Shown in pieces: positions 51,361-59,657 of a DNA stretch of 64,000 nt. The first letter of the stretch is position 1. Each line of letters opens with the position of its first letter. The stretch is from sequence record OM782452.1; one strand, given 5' to 3'. Source of the stretch: Pseudomonas phage vB_PaeP_TUMS_P10. Below the pieces are notes generated by a model, which was not told the origin of the DNA, did not search any database, and saw only the letters and a program-made list of their open reading frames with translations. The position numbers were made by a program, and so were the translations under genes.

Positions 51361-52203
51361 TTAACGGGTTGCTGCGCCACGGGAGAAGTCCAGCGGCTGC
51401 TTGTGGGGTGAACGGGCCGGTCGCTTCTGCGAAGGCTTCTTGGCCTGGAAGCCACCTTCGATGAAGTACTGGTGAACCAGGGTGTTGATGAACCGAACGC
51501 CCAGGGTGTTGCTGTCGTAGCCTTGCTTGATGGCTTCGGCAATGGCCTTGCGGGCCGTGTCGCGCTTCACGGAAGAGAACAGTTCGAGGTAACCCTCCAT
51601 CAGCGCCGAGCGATTGAGCAGGCCCAGGAGATCGTCTAGGGTCGGCTTCTCCAGATGGAAGTGCAGAGGCACACGGCCCAGGAACTCGTTCTTAACGCCG
51701 ACCGAACGCAGGTCGTCGAGGTTGTGCATGTCCACGCCATTGAAGGCGCCGGCGAAGATGAAGAGGACTTTGCCCACGTTCACTTCTTGGTACTTGCCGT
51801 AGTCGCCGTAGACCTTGGTGATATCCGATTCCAGCATCTTCAGGAATTCATTCTGAACCCCCGCAGTGCTTTCATGGGCCAGGTCCGAGTTGGAATTGCC
51901 GGCGATCAACAGCTTGTCGAACTCATCGGCGAACACAACCGTGGGAACGCCGGAGAATCCTTTAACAGCGGCCATCTCTTTGGCCAGACTGTTACCTGAC
52001 AAGCCTTCTTTCGTCAGCTGAGCACAGTTGATCTCGACGAAGGGCAGTTCGAGTTCTTCTGCGATGGCTTGAACGGTGTACGACTTACCCGCACCACTGG
52101 AACCAGTGAGGATGAAGTGCGGTCGCACGGTTCCGATGGACTCCATGTGTACCGTCATGCATCGACGGATGGATTCGATTGCACTTGCATTGATGTTGGT
52201 CAT
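51361..52203 (-). CDS. AAA+ ATPase (second)
   Basis: Walker A GSSGAGKS. Walker B VVFADEFD. GGAG sits 6 nt before the ATG at 52203 (the ORF track extends to 52281). Confidence 0.5.
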   Translation of the reverse strand: MTNINASAIESIRRCMTVHMESIGTVRPHFILTGSSGAGKSYTVQAIAEELELPFVEINCAQLTKEGLSGNSLAKEMAAVKGFSGVPTVVFADEFDKLLIAGNSNSDLAHESTAGVQNEFLKMLESDITKVYGDYGKYQEVNVGKVLFIFAGAFNGVDMHNLDDLRSVGVKNEFLGRVPLHFHLEKPTLDDLLGLLNRSALMEGYLELFSSVKRDTARKAIAEAIKQGYDSNTLGVRFINTLVHQYFIEGGFQAKKPSQKRPARSPHKQPLDFSRGAATR

Positions 52204-52385
52204 TACAAACTCCTGTAGACTTAGGTTTCTTTCATTAGAGAGGGACACACAATGGCTGCACCAGAATTCAAACTGATGCACTGAAAACTATTCACCTGAT
52301 ACTGTTGATTGGTTATATCTAACTACCCATGGCGAGAATCCGTCGGGTGTTATCGAACTGGTGGACTTCGGTTACGGCAATGACT

Positions 52386-52583
52386 TCAACATGCCCCCTG
52401 AGCCGGAGGCGACTCGCGAAGAGTCTTGAGTAGGGTATTGTGGTAGCCCATTAATGCTCGCATGAAGTCGTGATGGTTGCCCTCGGGAAGCAAGAGCCTT
52501 GCTTCTTCGAGGGCTTCTTTCGTTGTGGTGTAGGTTGGGTACAGCACCTGGGCTACAGGCCGTACTTCTTGAAACTGGCTCAT
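52386..52583 (-). CDS. hypothetical protein
   Basis: 65 aa, AAGGAGG RBS. Confidence 0.4.
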   Translation of the reverse strand: MSQFQEVRPVAQVLYPTYTTTKEALEEARLLLPEGNHHDFMRALMGYHNTLLKTLRESPPAQGAC

Positions 52584-52602
52584 GTAGCCTCCTTGGTTTC
52601 AG

Positions 52603-53061
52603 TTACTTGAAAGCCGCCCGGACCTTGGCCAAGGAGGTAGATGCCTCCTTCATGCTGGTCAGTATTTGGGCGATATGGTTCGGGTGTGTTTCCGGGGAGA
52701 TCCCAAGGGTTTCAGTGACCGCCTTCTTGAAAACCAGCAGGTCATTGCGCTCTGCCGTCAGGTTAATGATCTCTTCCTCCCTTCGTTTCAGTTCTTCTTG
52801 TAGAACCTGGTCACTCGCCAGGAGCATGTCCCTTTCTTCTACCACGGCCACGAATCCCTCACGTACCTCGGCCATCTCACCCAGGGTGAGGGTAGCAGAC
52901 TGTGTTTCGCTTTCCTGGGAAGGGGCGGAAACCTTTTCGATGGCAGAGTGGCTTCTCTGCCTGTACACCTTCATCGTTGTCTTGCCATCTTCCAGGTTGG
53001 AGATCCGGTAATGCATCTGGATCAGGGCCTCGTAGATCTCAGCGATCTTGTTGCTGTCCAT
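52603..53061 (-). CDS. hypothetical coiled-coil protein
   Basis: 152 aa, GAGGAA RBS. Confidence 0.45.
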   Translation of the reverse strand: MDSNKIAEIYEALIQMHYRISNLEDGKTTMKVYRQRSHSAIEKVSAPSQESETQSATLTLGEMAEVREGFVAVVEERDMLLASDQVLQEELKRREEEIINLTAERNDLLVFKKAVTETLGISPETHPNHIAQILTSMKEASTSLAKVRAAFK

Positions 53062-53662
53062 ACGTTTTCCTCAGTAAGGTTGAGGGGAAGCTACCAATGT
53101 GGTCCCCTCGAATGTCGTTGAGATGCACGAAGCGGTATTCACGCCCCCATGCATCCGTGTTGATGTCACCGTTGACGCCGTAGACGTAGCCGGTGCGTAC
53201 CTTGTTCGAACCCGAGTTCAGACCCGCAGGGATCTTCACCGGGCAGCCGTACTTCATCTTCGCCGCCTCGTAGGCATTGATACCCGCTTTGTGATAAGCC
53301 ATGTACAGAAGCTCACCTTGCCGGCGACTGCACTGGATGATGGGATGTTCATCCAGCACACGAAGACGCAGGTAATAGTTCGGGCCGGTCTGGGCAACAC
53401 CGATCACGAATCGGGTATTCACCAGATGGCCACGGGTTACCTCCACGAACTTCGGAAGCCCTTGCTTCAGGGTAGCTATGGACTCCCGAGAGTAGACTGC
53501 GGTGTACAGCTTGAAGTTGTGGATGAACTGGACATCGAGCATCTTGTTGTCTGCCCGAATGTCCACGATGTTTGCTACAGGTTGGTCGAACTTACCCAGA
53601 CCCAGGGTTTCGAGGTCCAGGGTCTTGATCTCGTCCTCCCAAACCAAGGGAAGTCTGGCCAT
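53039..53662 (-). CDS. hypothetical protein
   Basis: 207-aa ORF. Confidence 0.45.
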   Translation of the reverse strand: MARLPLVWEDEIKTLDLETLGLGKFDQPVANIVDIRADNKMLDVQFIHNFKLYTAVYSRESIATLKQGLPKFVEVTRGHLVNTRFVIGVAQTGPNYYLRLRVLDEHPIIQCSRRQGELLYMAYHKAGINAYEAAKMKYGCPVKIPAGLNSGSNKVRTGYVYGVNGDINTDAWGREYRFVHLNDIRGDHIGSFPSTLLRKTYGQQQDR

Positions 53663-53665
53663 TGG

Positions 53666-54133
53666 TTATACCTTCTTGGCTTGGAGCGCCACGTTGGTAG
53701 CAGCCATTACGAACTGCTCATGGTTACGCTGGGTTGGCACCCGCTGAGCCGTGGTGTGGGCGTTCTTCAGGGTGTTGACCAGAGACATGAGACTGACCAT
53801 ATCTTCGGTCAGCGGCTTCTTGGCTTGAGCTTCCTGCACATAGCGATCACGCTCGGCCACCACGTCCTTCAGTTGCTCGGACAGTTCCTTGTTGGCTTCC
53901 ATGACACGACGACTCAGGCGCTCGGCAGACTTGAGCTTGCGCTCCAGTTCTTCCACCTTTTCCTGCGCCTGCTGTGCCCGGCCATAGGCCAGGTGAACTC
54001 GGTCAGCGAGACTGTCTCGCTCGTCCTGGGCATCGTGGAAGCGGTGGCGCATCTGCTTCAGCAGGTCTTCCAGCACACGGATCTCGCGTGCTTGCTGGTA
54101 CTGGTTCAGGAAGGGGATGAATACTTTGATCAT
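53666..54133 (-). CDS. hypothetical coiled-coil protein
   Basis: AAGGAG sits before the ATG at 54133 (the ORF track extends to 54217). Confidence 0.4.
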   Translation of the reverse strand: MIKVFIPFLNQYQQAREIRVLEDLLKQMRHRFHDAQDERDSLADRVHLAYGRAQQAQEKVEELERKLKSAERLSRRVMEANKELSEQLKDVVAERDRYVQEAQAKKPLTEDMVSLMSLVNTLKNAHTTAQRVPTQRNHEQFVMAATNVALQAKKV

Positions 54134-54143
54134 GGGGTACTCC

Positions 54144-54362
54144 TTACTTGGTTTGGTTGAGTTTCTGGACTTCTTCGTAGATCCCGTACAGGACAAACCA
54201 GAGTCCGAAGGAGGCACCTACAGCGAGGGCGCCACCCAGTGCGAACAGCAGGCCGAAGATTTCACCTCCCAGCTGATTGCCGACAATGGCAGCGATGATC
54301 ACCATCACAATGCCGATCACCGCAGCGGAACGATCCAAAAACAGAAGGTAGGATTTGCGCAT
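54144..54362 (-). CDS. small membrane protein
   Basis: 72 aa with 2 TM helices and an AGGAG RBS. Confidence 0.45.
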   Translation of the reverse strand: MRKSYLLFLDRSAAVIGIVMVIIAAIVGNQLGGEIFGLLFALGGALAVGASFGLWFVLYGIYEEVQKLNQTK

Positions 54363-54425
54363 ATCTCTTTGCTCCTAAAAAAGAAAAAGAAAACTATCTA
54401 ATCGAAATGAATTAAGCAGCATGAA

Positions 54426-54442
54426 AGCGTTCGGAGAACGCT
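54426..54442 (+). promoter_or_regulatory. AGCGTTC-GGA-GAACGCT perfect palindrome (copy 1), N4-type hairpin-promoter-like
   Basis: 7-bp stem with a 3-nt GGA loop. The 15-nt core GCGTTCGGAGAACGC is identical to the copy at 55464-55478. Lies 1 nt past the stop of gene 54444-54629. Confidence 0.35.
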
Positions 54443-54443
54443 A

Positions 54444-54629
54444 TTAAGGTATAACGGATTGAAAATCCATCTTAATAAACCTGTAACGGGCATCGGCATA
54501 GTCTTTTCCGCTTAAACCAGGTAATTCTATTTCAGCCAATGCACGGAATAACTCTGTGTAGGTGTAAGTCCTCCCCTTCATTCTTTCATGTATCATCTTA
54601 ATTGCTGCATCTGACACCATGTGAATCAA
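54444..54629 (-). CDS. hypothetical small protein (AT-rich cassette)
   Basis: 61-aa ORF. Region GC is about 40% against about 55% elsewhere. Confidence 0.35.
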   Translation of the reverse strand: MIHMVSDAAIKMIHERMKGRTYTYTELFRALAEIELPGLSGKDYADARYRFIKMDFQSVIP

Positions 54630-54822
54630 CCTCTGCGTTGAAGATGGAGTCCAAGTCCAAAGCTAAATGAACCTTCTCCATGGTTTCCGCTCCAGGCAAC
54701 TCCTTGAAAAAGAAGTCTGTACTGTCAAAGAAGTGCCAGGAATCACGATCAACAACACCCACTAAGGCTAAGCGGGCTTTCAACTGTTGGGTTATTACGA
54801 GATTACTGTCTTGCATAAGCAA
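54598..54822 (-). CDS. hypothetical small protein (AT-rich cassette)
   Basis: 74-aa ORF overlapping its neighbours. Confidence 0.3.
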   Translation of the reverse strand: MLMQDSNLVITQQLKARLALVGVVDRDSWHFFDSTDFFFKELPGAETMEKVHLALDLDSIFNAEVDSHGVRCSN

Positions 54823-54991
54823 TCTCCTCTGCTGCCTCCATGAAACTACCGTTTACAGTACGGCCAAGTTCACCCATAGCACCTATCACGTAACCCCATT
54901 TATCTAGTATCTTTTCCTTGAAATACTTAGAAGACAGTTCATCAAGGTGGAGATACAAGATAGCCTTACCTAGTTCCTCGTTCATGATCAA
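54803..54991 (-). CDS. hypothetical small protein (AT-rich cassette)
   Basis: 62-aa ORF. Confidence 0.3.
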   Translation of the reverse strand: MIMNEELGKAILYLHLDELSSKYFKEKILDKWGYVIGAMGELGRTVNGSFMEAAEEIAYARQ

Positions 54992-55236
54992 ACCTTCGTA
55001 TAAAATTCCCGTTCGGCCCTTCGCAGTATACGAACGGTTTTAGGTAGTTGTTTGAGGATGTTGTCCGATACTCCAACGAAGTAAGACACACCACCCCAGT
55101 CACCCTCCTTGGCATGCTTATCCATCAACAAGCCAGAGTAGTGCCACTCGACTGATACACGAACCAACTTAAGACCAGTTACTGCTTCCATCAAATTGCT
55201 CCCATTAACTTTTGTTGGTGATAGTGCTCCAGCCAA
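54988..55236 (-). CDS. hypothetical small protein (AT-rich cassette)
   Basis: 82-aa ORF. Confidence 0.3.
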   Translation of the reverse strand: MAGALSPTKVNGSNLMEAVTGLKLVRVSVEWHYSGLLMDKHAKEGDWGGVSYFVGVSDNILKQLPKTVRILRRAEREFYTKV

Positions 55237-55385
55237 CCACCTAGAAACCTAGGGTGGCGAACTCCCGGTAGGTTTTTTCGGATAATTTCTAAATATGCAT
55301 GCTGCATAAAAGTGTGTGGCTTTAGACTGTCTATCCCAGACTCACTCTCTAACAATAAAATTAAAGCTTCTTGCTCCGGAACCAC
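55191..55385 (-). CDS. hypothetical small protein (AT-rich cassette)
   Basis: AAGGAGG sits 8 nt before a GTG at 55385. The ORF-track start at 55412 is a TTG with no RBS. Confidence 0.3.
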   Translation of the reverse strand: MVPEQEALILLLESESGIDSLKPHTFMQHAYLEIIRKNLPGVRHPRFLGGWLEHYHQQKLMGAI

Positions 55386-55410
55386 AGTGAAACCCTCCTT
55401 GAGATTACTC

Positions 55411-55443
55411 AAAAAAAGGATGCCTTCCCCTTTTCAGGGGAAG
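55411..55443 (-). terminator. terminator-like hairpin with U7 (minus strand)
   Basis: CTTCCCC-loop-GGGGAAG hairpin, then GCAUCC, then U7 on the minus strand. Confidence 0.45.
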
Positions 55444-55462
55444 ACAAGATCCAACTCAATGT

Positions 55463-55479
55463 AGCGTTCGGAGAACGCC
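55463..55479 (+). promoter_or_regulatory. AGCGTTC-GGA-GAACGCC palindrome (copy 2)
   Basis: Identical 15-nt core to 54428-54442. Lies 9 nt past the stop of the RNAP II large-subunit gene. Confidence 0.35.
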
Positions 55480-55486
55480 CTATCAG

Positions 55487-56731
55487 TTAAGACAGGGCAT
55501 ACTCACTATCACGGATGAGTTCAGACAGGTTGTGACAGGCACCTTCATACTGCACGTAGCTACCGGTGATCTGGTGGAAGATGTCATTGAGGATGTTACT
55601 GTCAGCCATCTCGGCGAAGATGTTGATGTAGTGCTGACGCATCTCGTTGCAGTAGTTGGGGTGGCACTTGAACTCATCGTGTACCGTCACCAGAGGGAAC
55701 GGCTTGTGGGCCAGCATGCTGACGCACAGATCCTTCAGTGCCTCCAGGTGATCGGTCTCCATGGCTTGCACAGAGTGCGTGTTAACGAAGGGTAGGATGA
55801 CAGCATCCACCATGTTGGTACGGTTGTAGAGGTCAATGTAGATCTTCACCTTCTCATCCTTGGTTTCAACCAGATCCACATCGTACAGAACGACACGACG
55901 CATCAGTTCATCACTGATGGTTTCGTAAGCGAACTCGGTTACCACGGGATCGTAGTTGCAGCGACGATGCATGGAACGCAGAACGTAAGCATCGATACTG
56001 TGGATGATGTTGGCAGCATTCTTCACGCTGCGTTCTTCACCGCAGACCACCTTGTAGGCGTATTCGAAGGTAGCACCGTCCATCTCATCGACTTCGATGC
56101 GGGTTTCCTTCATGGATACCGACTTGACCCGAGCATGGTAGTTGTCGGGCAGTACCCACTCATGCACCTCTTGGTAAGCCTGGTGGCTGTGAATCAGATC
56201 GGACAGCATCTCGTTCGGAATCGGGCACACTGCCTGGATGCCTTCGTAGAAAGCTTCCAGTTCAGGGGTTTCTTCACCGAACAGCTTCTTCGGCTCAGCC
56301 TTCGAACCATAGAGATGGGTCATGGTGGCCTTCTTGATATCCGAACGCTTGATATCACCTACCGAAGCACCCATAGCAGTGGATGCAGCGGTGGTAACCA
56401 AGCTGTAAGCATCCTGACGGAAGCCAGTGTTGACCAGATTGGTAGCACGAGCACCGTCAATGCAACCGCCAAGGGCAGACATGATCTGCATGCCCGAGCA
56501 GCAAGCATCCAAGCCAACCAAGTGACCAGAGGGAATGCCCTTCTGTGCTTCACGGATGGCTTGAACAGCTTTGTAGTACTGAGGTGCGGTCTTCTCTTCG
56601 CACTCCAGTTCTTCAAGCTCGTCGAAGTGATCCATTACCCACTGGATACGTTGCTCGAACAGGAGCTTGTCATGGCCGAACTGGTTTGCTGCATCAATGC
56701 ACAGATATTCGAATCCGGTGTAACGCTTCAT
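55487..56731 (-). CDS. T7-like RNA polymerase large subunit (N4 RNAP II gp16-like)
   Basis: Motif A-like LDACCSGMQ. Motif B-like KKATMTHLYGSK. Motif C-like VTVHDEF. GGAG RBS before the ATG at 56731. Confidence 0.75.
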   Translation of the reverse strand: MKRYTGFEYLCIDAANQFGHDKLLFEQRIQWVMDHFDELEELECEEKTAPQYYKAVQAIREAQKGIPSGHLVGLDACCSGMQIMSALGGCIDGARATNLVNTGFRQDAYSLVTTAASTAMGASVGDIKRSDIKKATMTHLYGSKAEPKKLFGEETPELEAFYEGIQAVCPIPNEMLSDLIHSHQAYQEVHEWVLPDNYHARVKSVSMKETRIEVDEMDGATFEYAYKVVCGEERSVKNAANIIHSIDAYVLRSMHRRCNYDPVVTEFAYETISDELMRRVVLYDVDLVETKDEKVKIYIDLYNRTNMVDAVILPFVNTHSVQAMETDHLEALKDLCVSMLAHKPFPLVTVHDEFKCHPNYCNEMRQHYINIFAEMADSNILNDIFHQITGSYVQYEGACHNLSELIRDSEYALS

Positions 56732-56810
56732 GGTGTAACTCCTATCGCAGTTGGTACTGAACACACTTAAAAGGAACCTCCCTCAGCCGAAGCCAAGGGA
56801 GGCGCAGGTA

Positions 56811-57134
56811 TTACTCGGCTTGCATGTTGGCGATGTTCTCGATGGTCAGCGTCTTCATCAGACGGACCTCCTTCGGAACCGAATGCCATACATCCGGCGC
56901 ACCGATGGTCGGCGGATCAACGAACGCATGGTCGAAGGTGACTGCGTTGTCCTTCTTCTTGTCCAGGAAGCCCCAGAACCAGCGCTTGGCTTGCAGATCG
57001 AAGTTCCAGATGCCTTCCAGTTCGGGATTGCTTTCCAGGAACTTGGAGATCTTGCCGTCCAGGATCAGCTTGCACTCCATCTGGCCGCTTTCGTTGGTGA
57101 AGAAGATCAGGTCGCCGTTTTCGTAGTTGCTCAT
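56811..57134 (-). CDS. hypothetical protein between the two RNAP II subunit genes
   Basis: 107 aa, GAGGA RBS, ATGA overlap with the upstream gene. Confidence 0.45.
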   Translation of the reverse strand: MSNYENGDLIFFTNESGQMECKLILDGKISKFLESNPELEGIWNFDLQAKRWFWGFLDKKKDNAVTFDHAFVDPPTIGAPDVWHSVPKEVRLMKTLTIENIANMQAE

Positions 57135-58066
57135 TTGGTAATCCTCAGATGTTGGGGTACGCCAGTGACCTCTTCCTTGTTGTAGAGGTCGATCATGGCT
57201 TTCTTGTAGGACGCACCTTGGGTCGATATGTGATAACCCTGTGCGTACAACCGTCCACGCTTGTCTACCTTGTGCAGCAGGTAGAACTTGTTGCCTTGTT
57301 GCACCATGAGCTTGTACATCTCATGGCTTTCAGTCTTGAACCGCATCCAATCATCCTGTTGATCTCTGTTCTCCAGGCGCTTGTTCGGTTCTTCCTCGAT
57401 GGTGCTGAGGAATTCAGTGTTAAGACACAACTCAACACTGTTCACCAGGTTCAGAACATCCAGACAGATGTCTCCACCATGGTGATTGTCATTCAGGATC
57501 AGACTCTCAGCCTCACAAGTGAGACGAAGCTTCTGCTTGTTGCTGGTCAAGGTGGCAGGAGCACAAACCATGGGTGGTAAGTACTGCGATCTCTCAACGA
57601 AGCGCATCAGATCTTCAGGTAGCTCGATGTTGGACACAACCTTCCAGCTACCGAAGCGTTCATTCTGCTCCAAGTTGTACAGATCTAGCTCACAGAGCAC
57701 CGCAACCATCTCAGCGATGGTTTTGATGCTGTCAGCCTTGTCATCAAAGCCAAGTACATGAGCCAGTTTCGCAGTGAAGCTGCTAAACAACTCAGGAACC
57801 TGACAGTACAGCGATGCAACTGCTACCTCAGTGGTGATGTGACCCAGGTCAAGGTTACGAACTGTCTCCATTCGGAGGTTCTTGGACTCATAACCGTGGT
57901 CCGTGTTGGCGTACTCTTCCAGAAGAGCAACACCAGCAGACAGAACCTCAGTCCAGTCCTCATCTTGTTGGAGAAACTTACGCAGATACCCGTCAATGTG
58001 CGCCCGTGCAAAGCGGTACTCATTGGCGCGTTGCATATCCTCCGGGAGCATGTGAGTTGGGTGCAT
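57131..58066 (-). CDS. T7-like RNA polymerase N-terminal subunit (N4 RNAP II gp15-like)
   Basis: NKFYLLHKVDKRGRLYAQGYHISTQG aligns to T7 RNAP NKFANHKAIWFPYNMDWRGRVYAVSMFNPQG. 311 aa. Confidence 0.65.
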   Translation of the reverse strand: MHPTHMLPEDMQRANEYRFARAHIDGYLRKFLQQDEDWTEVLSAGVALLEEYANTDHGYESKNLRMETVRNLDLGHITTEVAVASLYCQVPELFSSFTAKLAHVLGFDDKADSIKTIAEMVAVLCELDLYNLEQNERFGSWKVVSNIELPEDLMRFVERSQYLPPMVCAPATLTSNKQKLRLTCEAESLILNDNHHGGDICLDVLNLVNSVELCLNTEFLSTIEEEPNKRLENRDQQDDWMRFKTESHEMYKLMVQQGNKFYLLHKVDKRGRLYAQGYHISTQGASYKKAMIDLYNKEEVTGVPQHLRITK

Positions 58067-58110
58067 AACAGATCCTTAACGATGACTATCTATAGGCGGC
58101 AGAACCGCCC

Positions 58111-58551
58111 TTACGGGCGGCTCCAGAACGTGATGTTGTCAGGGCACATTTCCACCGGCCCCTTCACGAGGAAGTACGGCACATCCGTACCGGGCATCTC
58201 GACGTGATAGGAATGGTCCGGGTTCGCATTGGCCAGGTTGGTTAGCATACGCAAACCAGTACCGACACAGTTCAGGTCCGTGGGATCCTGGAACCGACGG
58301 CAGGTCTGCAACACGCCAATCTTTCCACTGGCTTGAACGCCGAAGATCCCATGGTTTCCCCCGTTCTTCAGGATGAAACCACCGATGGCTGAAGCCAGGC
58401 CGGCTTCCGGGAACCGTTGCAGCAGTTCAGCTGCCATGCCCTTGTTCAAGACGGCGTTGCCCGATGCACTGACAGTGCTGCTCAGACATACGATGAAGTG
58501 GTCAGCACTCTCGAATGCTTCCCACATGTTCCCTACTTCGAATTTGGCCAT
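58111..58551 (-). CDS. hypothetical protein (weak macro-domain-like pattern)
   Basis: 146 aa. The IVC-SS--SASGNAV-NKGMAAEL segment is loosely macro-like. Assignment is tentative. Confidence 0.25.
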   Translation of the reverse strand: MAKFEVGNMWEAFESADHFIVCLSSTVSASGNAVLNKGMAAELLQRFPEAGLASAIGGFILKNGGNHGIFGVQASGKIGVLQTCRRFQDPTDLNCVGTGLRMLTNLANANPDHSYHVEMPGTDVPYFLVKGPVEMCPDNITFWSRP

Positions 58552-58802
58552 TAGATCAGTGCTCCTATGGGCAGGTCGATGCTACAGCAGTCGCTGGTTT
58601 CAGCCGTCAGTAGCAGTTTGTTGTGCTCTGGCACATACACCAGATTCCAGCGGTGACCTTCGTCTTGGTCGATCACACGCATACGCTTGGTCAGATGACG
58701 AAGCGCGATCTCACGCATTGCTTCAACGACGTTCTCGCCGTCAGCGATGAACAAGCCATCGCTATCGCGGATCACAATCTTCTTCAGGTAGGTGCGAGTC
58801 AT
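58551..58802 (-). CDS. hypothetical protein
   Basis: 83-aa ORF. Confidence 0.4.
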   Translation of the reverse strand: MTRTYLKKIVIRDSDGLFIADGENVVEAMREIALRHLTKRMRVIDQDEGHRWNLVYVPEHNKLLLTAETSDCCSIDLPIGALI

Positions 58803-58873
58803 CTAATAGTCCTTTCAGAAATGAGTGTTTGTAGTTCAGCTTTTCTTTCCAGTACTTCTGCTGCATATCCCAG

Positions 58874-59050
58874 TTATGCATTGCCCGAGCATGCCGGCTC
58901 TTCTGTGCCCTCGTCGTAATCCTCGTAGAATGGCCCGTCATCTAAGTCTCCCAACTGGAGGTTTGGATTGGACAAACCCTCCTTCGTGTACTTGTCGTGT
59001 AGTGACCAGAGCAGAAGCCAGGCTTCCTCAACTGTATCGTCCTCTGCCAT
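58874..59050 (-). CDS. small acidic hypothetical protein
   Basis: 58 aa, TGATG overlap with the upstream ORF. Not in the ORF track. Confidence 0.3.
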   Translation of the reverse strand: MAEDDTVEEAWLLLWSLHDKYTKEGLSNPNLQLGDLDDGPFYEDYDEGTEEPACSGNA

Positions 59051-59274
59051 CAGCGGTGACCCCCGTACTTATTACGCGGCCCCATTCCTTCATGGTTTGT
59101 CTCGTGGGACTTCTTGGGCTTACTGGGCCTTATACTCCAGCCATCATCGAAGATGATCTGGGTGGGACTGAACGGATCACGGATGAGATCCTCCTTCCGT
59201 TTCTTCTTGCGAAGAGCTTCGTCATGCCTCAGTTCTTCAAGCAACACCTCAATACTGGGTATGTGGTCATGCAT
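59050..59274 (-). CDS. hypothetical basic protein
   Basis: 74 aa, GGAG RBS. Confidence 0.4.
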   Translation of the reverse strand: MHDHIPSIEVLLEELRHDEALRKKKRKEDLIRDPFSPTQIIFDDGWSIRPSKPKKSHETNHEGMGPRNKYGGHR

Positions 59275-59356
59275 ATAGTCAGGTCTCCAAAACCATGGGT
59301 TAGCACATGGTTTTCCTCGCCGAAAACTTCCGAATTCGGCGATTTACTTTATGGGT

Positions 59357-59585
59357 TCAGATTCGAGTGGCCCGAGTGTTCCCACTCTTGGTTCCGCAGA
59401 GGTGAGAAAGGCCAGAACCGATACTACAAAGTCCGGCGCCGACAGCATCAGAGACAGACGCAACCTCAGTACGAGGAAGATGATCAGTACCCTGCTGAAG
59501 CAGAGCCATTGCAGCAGCAACGGAATCGGCATTACGTTCACGGGAAGCCTTCGAGTCGATGTAGATGGGCTTGGGATGTTTCATG
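59357..59585 (-). CDS. hypothetical protein
   Basis: AAGGAG sits 8 nt before the ATG at 59585. Confidence 0.4.
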
Positions 59586-59605
59586 GTGGAACTCCTTACA
59601 GTCTG

Positions 59606-59650
59606 ACGGATAGCACAAAGAACACGCCCAACCCCCAAGAGGAGGTTGGG
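59606..59650 (-). terminator. terminator-like hairpin
   Basis: 8-bp stem GCCCAACC/GGTTGGGC followed by a U-rich GUGUUCUUUGUG on the minus strand. Confidence 0.35.
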
Positions 59651-59657
59651 CATGGTG

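Noticed and set aside
54426-55479. The identical palindromes as simple rho-independent terminators
   Set aside because: Neither copy is directly followed by a U-tract on either strand; the nearest U-runs are 20-30 nt away. They are kept as regulatory or boundary elements of uncertain function.
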